Source: Ylistrum balloti (taxonomy: Eukaryota). From it: DNA of 64,000 nucleotides. This document shows, one piece after another, positions 56,810 through 64,000 of this stretch (position 1 is its first letter; each line of letters starts with the position of its first letter). The notes below the pieces were generated by a model. That model did no database searches. It saw only the letters and a list, made by a program, of their open reading frames with translations, and was not told the DNA's origin. The DNA lies in the NCBI RefSeq assembly GCF_031769215.1, contig NW_026782188.1, forward strand, positions 1,240,001-1,304,000. The letters are read 5' to 3'. Made by a program: the position numbers and the translations under genes.

Positions 56810-58520
56810 TATTCTTACTCTGTATCTGTTCTAGAAACATCGGATGTCCTTCCTTATTCTGTATCTGTTCTAGAAACATCAGATGTCCTTTCTTACTCTG
56901 TATCTGTTCTAGAAACTTCAGATGTCCTTCCTTACTCTGTATCTGTTCTAGAAACATCGCATGTCCTTCCTTACTCTGTATCTGTTCTAGAAACATCAGA
57001 TGTCCTTTCTTACTCTGTATCTGTTCTAGAAACTTCAGATGTCCTTCCTTACTCTGTATCTGTTCTAAAGACATCGCATGTCCTTCCTTACTCTGTATCT
57101 GTTCTAGAAACATCGCATGTCCTTCCTTACTCTGTATCTGTTCTAGACACAACAGATGTCCTTCCTTACTCTGAATCTGTTCTAGAAACATCAGATGTCC
57201 TTCCTTACTCTGTATCTGTTCTAGACACAACGGATGTCCTTCCTTACTCTGAATCTGTTCTAGAAACTTCAGATGTCCTTCCTTACTCTGTATCTGTTCT
57301 AGAGACATTGCATGTCCTTCCTTACTCTGTATCTGTTCTAGAGACATCAGATGTCCTTCCTTACTCTGTATCTGTTCTAGAGACATTGCATGTCCTTCCT
57401 TACTCTGTATCTGTTCTAGACACAACGGATGTCCTTCCTTACTCTGAATCTGTTCTAGAAACTTCAGATGTCCTTCCTTACTCTGTATCTGTTCTAGAGA
57501 CATTGCATGTCCTTCCTTACTCTGTATCTGTTCTAGAGACATCAGATGTCCTTCCTTACTCTGTATCTGTTCTAGAAACATCAGATGTCCTTCCTTACTC
57601 TGTATCTGTTCTAGTCACAACAGATGCCTTTCCTTACTCTGAATCTGTTCTAGAAACATCAGATGTCCTTCCTTACTCTGTATCTCTGCTAGAAACATCG
57701 GATGTCCTTCCTTACTCTGTATCTGTTCTAGACACAACGGATGTCCTTCCTTACTCTGAATCTGTTCTAGAAACTTCAGATGTCCTTCCTTACTCTGTAT
57801 CTGTTCTAGAGACATTGCATGTCCTTCCTTACTCTGTATCTGTTCTAGAGACATCGGATGTCCTTCCTTACTCTGTATCTGTTCTAGAGACATCGGATGT
57901 CCTTCCTTACTCTGTATCTGTTCTAGAGACATCGGATGTCCTTCCTTACTCTGTATCTGTTCTAGAGACATTGGATGTCCTTCCTTACTCTGTATCTGTT
58001 CTAGAAACATCAGACGTCCTTCCTTACTCTGTACCTGTTCTAGAAACATCAGATGTTTTTCCTTACTCTGTATCTGTGCTAGAAACATCAGCTGTCCTTC
58101 CTTACTCTGTATCTGTTCTAGAGACATCGCATGTCCTTCCTTACTCTGTATCTGTTCTAGAGACATCGGATGTCCTTCCTTACTCTGAATCTGTTTTAGA
58201 GACATCGGATGTCCTTCCTTACTCTGAATCTGTTCTAGAGACATCGGACGTCCTTCCTTACTCTGTATCTGTTCTAGAGACATCAGATGTCATTCCTTAC
58301 TCTGTATCTGTTCTAGAGACATCGGATGTCCTTCCTTACTCTGTATCTTCTTGAAACATCAGATGTTCTTCCTTACTCTGTATCTGTTCTAGAAATATTG
58401 GATGTCCTTCCTTACTCTGTATCTGTTCTAGAGACATCGGATGTCCTTCCTTACTCTGTATCTGTTCTAGAAACATCAGATGTCCTTCCTTACTCTGTAT
58501 CTGTTCTAGAGACATCAGAT
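56810..58520. repeat. 39-bp minisatellite, about 44 copies
   Basis: Unit gatgtccttccttactctgtatctgttctagaaacatca; it explains the 13-aa periodic ORFs on both strands. Confidence 0.98.
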
Positions 58521-59874
58521 AGATCTGATGAATTCCATTATCATTGGTTTTTGTTTCAGACAATGGATCTTTTTTTTGTAAATTAAATCAAACAAATCAA
58601 CAAATTGAAATTTCCCAGGTACATGTATATCTGTTATATGTTAATCATAATTGGTATGTTATCATTTGTACAGAAAATCATTCTTTATCTAAACTATAAC
58701 TTACATATACTATTATATATTAGTGCAATAACAACGTTTTACATATTTCTGGGATTTTGTATGCTGTTTATTGGGATGAGTAATGTGATACTGCTTTCTA
58801 CTGCTAAAGTTGTAGGACACGTGAATGAGTTAGCTGTTCTACTGCTGGCTGTACTGGTGAAATATGCATGTGTACCAAGCATGCCATGTCTTGCTCATGT
58901 ATTCTTACATGTGACTGATATTTTAGATGGTCAATGTTACAAAATGTAAAGTATATTTAGATTATATGCCACATAGAAGGCCTGGTTCATGTACAACTGG
59001 ATATTTTGATTTCTCTCTAAATTATTTGGACAGCCTTATAATGATTACTGTCTGGTAATGATTTTCGGGACATGATGAAAGTTTGTAAAGATATTGATAC
59101 TGTTCTGTTAATAAATACTACGTGATGGGAAATTAAAAAAAAAATCCAATTAGGTTAACTTTATAGGTAAAACTCCATCAGGATGTTCACAGATCTATTT
59201 TCGTTATTGACTCAACTTAGAACATGGTGATTGTAGTGTATATAGCCTGATTAATTATCATTGTAAACAGGTGAAAGTATGTATTTTGTTTCTGTCTTTC
59301 ATCTGTCTTTATGTTTTAATACTAGCCAAGAGCTGAACAAAAAAGTGCTGTCGTGTTCATCAACTTTGTGAGAGATGTGAGAGTGTATACCAGTCATTAT
59401 ATATCAGTAGTCATCTATACATGGCTGTCTTCTATACTACTGTCATACATTTTTTGGTATGATTAAAATGTATTTTTGTAAAGCGAGTCCACATTGTTTG
59501 TCCTAGCTTCACACACAGATCTAGATAGATATTCTGCTACTAACTTTTACCTGCCCTATCTTTGAAGCTTGCACGTTAGTCATCTCAAGCAATTTAAGTC
59601 GAAACTGTGTATAAACTTGCATAATATATGAATGAGAATTTTCATAAATTCCTTTCGATAGGTCACACGCACCGCTGAATGTACGCTGTTAAAACAGGAA
59701 ATGCCCACTTGAATCCTAGATCTACTCTTTATTATCACAACTGATGACATGGGAACATGATATACTTGTTAATTGTCATTGGTTGGATTTCTTTATTTTT
59801 TAACTGGTTTAACTCTATCCATATCCGGCTCAGAGTATTCAGCGAAAACAAATTGTAGACAGGACTTTAATATC

Positions 59875-60900
59875 CAAATATTTCCAGTGATTGTTAGATT
59901 TGAAGGAGTTTAATGTATCAACACACACAATTTCCTCTGTTAAATCAATTCAGTTAATTTATGTGAAAAGCCGGGTTTCCTCAACATCAGTGCAGCATAT
60001 TTTTTTATCTGAAGCTTTTTACTATGTTCCGCGGGTATTATTTGACGGAAGCGAAGTTCACCCTCATCGCAATGTAATTCAAAATGCGAGAAACGTACAC
60101 AACATTTGCTCACAAGCGTCAGGAGAGGCTGTACGAGAGACGTGTAAAGACTGATATAAAGTACAATTGATGGTCCCCAGTACCGTCCGTTTTGCTTTTT
60201 GGCAGATCTCTGTATATGCTAATTTGAGTTTGCTGTTAATTCTGAACTATTTTCCTCTACATTTATGCTTTCCATTGAAAGTGTAGGGGTCTGGATCTGA
60301 ATTGCCAAGATGTAGGTGCTAATATTGGTGGAATTGAATCGGAGTCGCCAATCTATTGACCATTTGTGAAGAGTGTCAGTATTTTGTTAGAGAGTATTTT
60401 GTTCCATGGGGGAGTTAACTACTGCTCAACCTTCATCAGCAAAATTATAGACTATACTTCTGACAACACATGGTAGGCCGCTGACGCCCTGAGGCATTCC
60501 ACTTCTGTCCTTTCAGATGAGCTACTAATGATAGTTATTCTCTGTTTTCTGTTGGTTATGAAATTTGTCACATGCATGGCCTTTGCGGAAACTGTGTTGT
60601 GTATAGTTAAGTTGTTCCGTTTCTTGTGGTCCATTAATTCACCCCTTTCAAATTTCTCAACGAATTCTGAAATTGCAGCTTATTAGCCTATAGTTTTCTG
60701 CCAGAACTTTAGAAACCTTCTTGTGAAGAGCAGTCACATCAGACTCCTTAATTTAGCGATTTGTGAAAGATTTCTGTAAGTGGATCCTTATTTTATCGAT
60801 TTGTGAAAGATTTCCGTGAGTGGATCCTTAATTTAGCGATTTGTGAAAGATTTCCGTGAGTGGATCCTTAATTTAGCGATTTGTGAAAGATTTCCGTGCT
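59875..60900 (-). mobile_element. Decayed CR1-type LINE, RT C-terminal half
   Basis: Broken minus frames give VTALHKKVSKVLAENYRLIS, EKFERGELMDHKKRNNL, DTLHKWSIDWRLRFNST, LYTSLVQPLL and EEIVCVDTLNSFKSNNHW, the CR1/L2 RT motifs in order. Confidence 0.75.
60745..60900. repeat. 40-bp tandem repeat, about 4 copies, at the 5' break of the LINE
   Basis: tccttaatttagcgatttgtgaaagatttccgtgagtgga; anchors at 60785 and 60825. Confidence 0.9.
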
Positions 60901-60999
60901 TGGGTGTACTTAAGATTATCAAATTTTACTTTTAAAGTTTTAAAATTATGTTCGATGTAAATTTTTAAATTATGTTACGCTTGAATGATCAGCACACGC

Positions 61000-61725
61000 T
61001 GGAATATCTCGGAATGATATGGCGAGACACTTTGGGGTGCACATTAATGCTTTGTGGACTCGTTGTCATCCGACGAATAGGATGTCCCCCGTGTGACGTT
61101 ACGTCAACAAGATGCATATAGAAGCATACTTGAATCTGGCCGGATCAGTTCAAGGACCGTACGAATTTAAGCGAAATTAAGAGAAGCTGACATCCGCCCG
61201 CGGTGTCCCTCTATCCGTCCAGCTTTGCTTCAACGTCACAGAGCTGCACGTTAAGCTTGGTATAGGAGACATCTGTGATTCATCAATAAGGACTAGTCAA
61301 AGTGATTTCTACAGGTTTGTGCAGATTTCACATTGACAACAGTGAACTTACTCTATCATGTGAGTAATTCAGCGTTGTCAGTTTGACGAAGAGAACATTA
61401 TGGTCTGGGTTGACATTGCAACGCAGGGATGGACCCCCCTTTAGTTATAGAATTGTCAACTTGACTGGTTTGTGCTACCGTGACGAAATTATACATCGTC
61501 ACGTTCTTCCTGTGTTGTCGGACATATCCACAGCAGCGGCATGTCACCTTGCTACCTTGGCCAGCTGTGTTACCAGATTTGTCGCCAAACGAAATTGTTT
61601 GGGATAAATAGATCGGCATCAGGAACCAAACTCTCTCTTAGTCGTACATTGGCAAGCATACAGCAGAACATTCCACAAGCATGTCAGTATAGTTTGATCA
61701 GCTCCATGCTTCATTATCTGTAACT
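61000..61725 (+). mobile_element. Decayed Tc1/mariner transposase
   Basis: DMARHFGVHINALWTR (HTH region), NLTGLCYRDEIIHRHVLP (cf. GNLTGxRYRDEIL) and QQNIPQACQYSLISSM (Tc1 C-terminus); frameshifted, and no TIRs were identified. Confidence 0.7.
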
Positions 61726-63221
61726 AAACTTTCTATCCCGATTGACTGATTCCTGTGTCATTACAAAGATAAAGGGAGACTTGATATAAAACTTAACATA
61801 TTTTTGCGTATAAATTTTGAAATTAAAAGGTCAAAATACAGTGCCCTTTTACCAGAAATTCACAAACAATCTCTAAGCATGACTGATAAATATCTGTAAA
61901 TAAAGGTATTGCTAGATAGACTGTATTTCTAAAACAATGATCGGTACATGTATTGGTGAAATAATTCAAAATTTTCACAGATGGCTCATCATTGGGGCGA
62001 TGAAAATGTATTTCAGATGGTCGACGCTTGTCCGAAGAACCAACAGCGGTAGAAGAGAAGACAAGTAGACACTCTATAGAAACCGTCATAAGTGACTAGT
62101 TAAGAGAACCAAAACCATGAAGACGGTAAACAGTTTCAAGGATCCATGACAAGAATAAATAATCGCAACTATTAATTAAAGAAAGAACACGATAGAACTG
62201 GTGAACGCCAACTTACGGCTTGTTTGATACACGAGGAGACTAATTCAAATAATCTTGACCAACGGAAAAAGTTCTACTTGAGAAAACAACTGAACTTAAG
62301 ATCAAAAGTTAAAAAACTAAAATCGATATTGTTTTCAGGTGTTATAACGTTACTGATGTAATTCTAAAGTCGGGAGATTCTGATGAAAATCTCCCAATTT
62401 GAGCAATGTTTTAAAAAGATGAAGGTCCCATCGCCAAGTTGGACCGCTCACACAGGGATTTGTTCGTCAATGAATATCGTCAAAACACCGACTGCCACAC
62501 CCTGATAACAAATGTTCCACAGTCCTCTGACGCCACGGTACATAAAGGTCAAAGACAAGGTCATCGTCGCATCTTTCGTTCATTTCAGGAAAACGTCTTG
62601 TGTGACAATTAAACAGATAACGAGGCGTGGATAGCATGTACACAGAAGCCCTACACATCATTGCGGAAGGTCAACCACAAAGGCAAGATCTCACCAATAT
62701 TGCCGATCCGACTTCATGGGTATCTGCCAATCACTTACCAGCAACAACTTGTGGATCTGTAACCCAAGGTTAAAAACCAATGACGCTCCCTAACGCCTCT
62801 GTGTTATCAAAAAAGAAAGAGTGGTATTGTGCACCCAGAACAGGGTTAAAGAGTTCCGGTTAAGGGGGAAAACCTGTTAGAATTAACCAAGGAGGAACCA
62901 ATATTAGACCAGGCGGGAATCGTGAAGAGTCTTGTTCGTATCAAACAGTGTGGAATGACAGGAGATTCCGCCGTGTGTATCATGGACGACGACACTGTCA
63001 TATTGACGTATGAGTTGAGTTCCTGTCCGACTCTCGAGAGGTAGAACGTCGCTGGTTTGTTGATATTATTGATATATACGTTGCACTAAATACAATCATA
63101 TCTTCTTCCGGTTGTGTAGCCAAAGTAAGGATAAGACTCTGCAAGTTACTCTGTTGAGAGTTTTCTTTGTGATACTGTACCCCTGTTATCTCTGTGGAAG
63201 CCATCTTTTCTGTTTGTTGTT

Positions 63222-63601
63222 TCTGGTCCATGTGGACAGACTGAGAAGCTGTTTCTGGTCCATGTAGACAGATTGAGAAGTTGTTACTGGTCCATGTAGA
63301 CAGATTGAGAAGTTGTTACTGGTCCATGTAGACAGATTGAGAAGTTGTTACTGGTCCATGTAGACAGATTGAGAAGTTGTTACTGGTCCACGTAGACAGA
63401 TTGAGAAGTTGTTTCTGGTCCACGTAGACAGATTGAGAAGTTGTTTCTGGTCCATGTAGACAGATTGAGAAGTTGTTACTGGTCCATGTAGACAGATTGA
63501 GAAGTTGTTTCTGGTCCATGTAGACAGATTGAGAAGTTGTTTCTGGTCCATGTAGACAGATTGAGAAGTTGTTTCTGGTCCATGTAGACAGATTGAGAAG
63601 T
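63222..63601. repeat. 32-bp minisatellite, about 12 copies
   Basis: Unit tggtccatgtagacagattgagaagttgttac; anchors at 63256 and 63288. Confidence 0.97.
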
Positions 63602-64000
63602 GGAAATAAATTTGTCATAAAAAAGGGATTCTTCCTTTTGTTTTGCGATCGGTTTTAATGATAAAATGAAATGAAAAAAGTATGGAATATTGTGTTAATT
63701 TATCAATCTAATTACGAAATATTTGTTCTCCGATCAAATTGATACACCAGGTATCCAAATAAACCTGAAATGACCTAGCTTTATCAGGTCAGTGCGTTTC
63801 CTCTGATGAAACCTATATGGTGTATACTGCTTACCATATACATTTTCTACAAGTATACTTTACGATTTGTTACCCGTGGAACAGGTACTGTTCTGAAACG
63901 TCATTGTTCATTGTCCTTAAGTTCTGCGAACTTTGTTTAGGAAGACACCGACCTTTATTCCGGGTATGACCGGTAATCTGGGTTGTTTACCTGAGGTCGA

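Noticed and set aside
56793-58586. Long ORFs of 222-348 aa on both strands
   Set aside because: The 39-bp unit is stop-free in some frames on both strands, with no unique coding flanks.
61830-63200. Coding-like stretch with short ORFs
   Set aside because: No recognisable motif in any frame translated by eye; it would need BLASTx.

Overview
AT-rich, intron-containing animal genomic DNA. The repeat types and gene structures look like a bivalve mollusc, but this is inference only. One 165-bp N gap lies at 9053-9217. Three host genes were reconstructed exon by exon with GT-AG sites and consistent phases: FAM98 (minus, 11 coding exons, 494 aa), PSMD8/Rpn12 (plus, 8 exons, 266 aa) and a MAP1LC3C-type ATG8 (plus, 4 exons, 122 aa). 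The most notable object is a 4363-bp Kolobok-type DNA transposon at 19319-23681, with perfect 16-bp TIRs and a TTAA TSD. It carries an intact 3-exon Cys-rich KolX/P2X7-ballast-like gene and a convergent transposase gene that keeps a clean THAP exon and clean C-terminal exons but lacks its catalytic middle. Both ends share a 20-bp inverted TGACGTCA-containing motif. Other observations: the LC3C ORF stops directly at the lipidation glycine and has M-box/CLEAR-like, CCAAT and CRE promoter motifs; FAM98 and PSMD8 are neighbours, as recalled for human FAM98C-PSMD8; and a 176-bp MITE has a 6-bp TSD. The window also holds a decayed MADF gene, V-SINE-like copies, CR1 and Tc1 remnants, and about 15 unrelated tandem arrays that explain most long ORFs in the supplied track.
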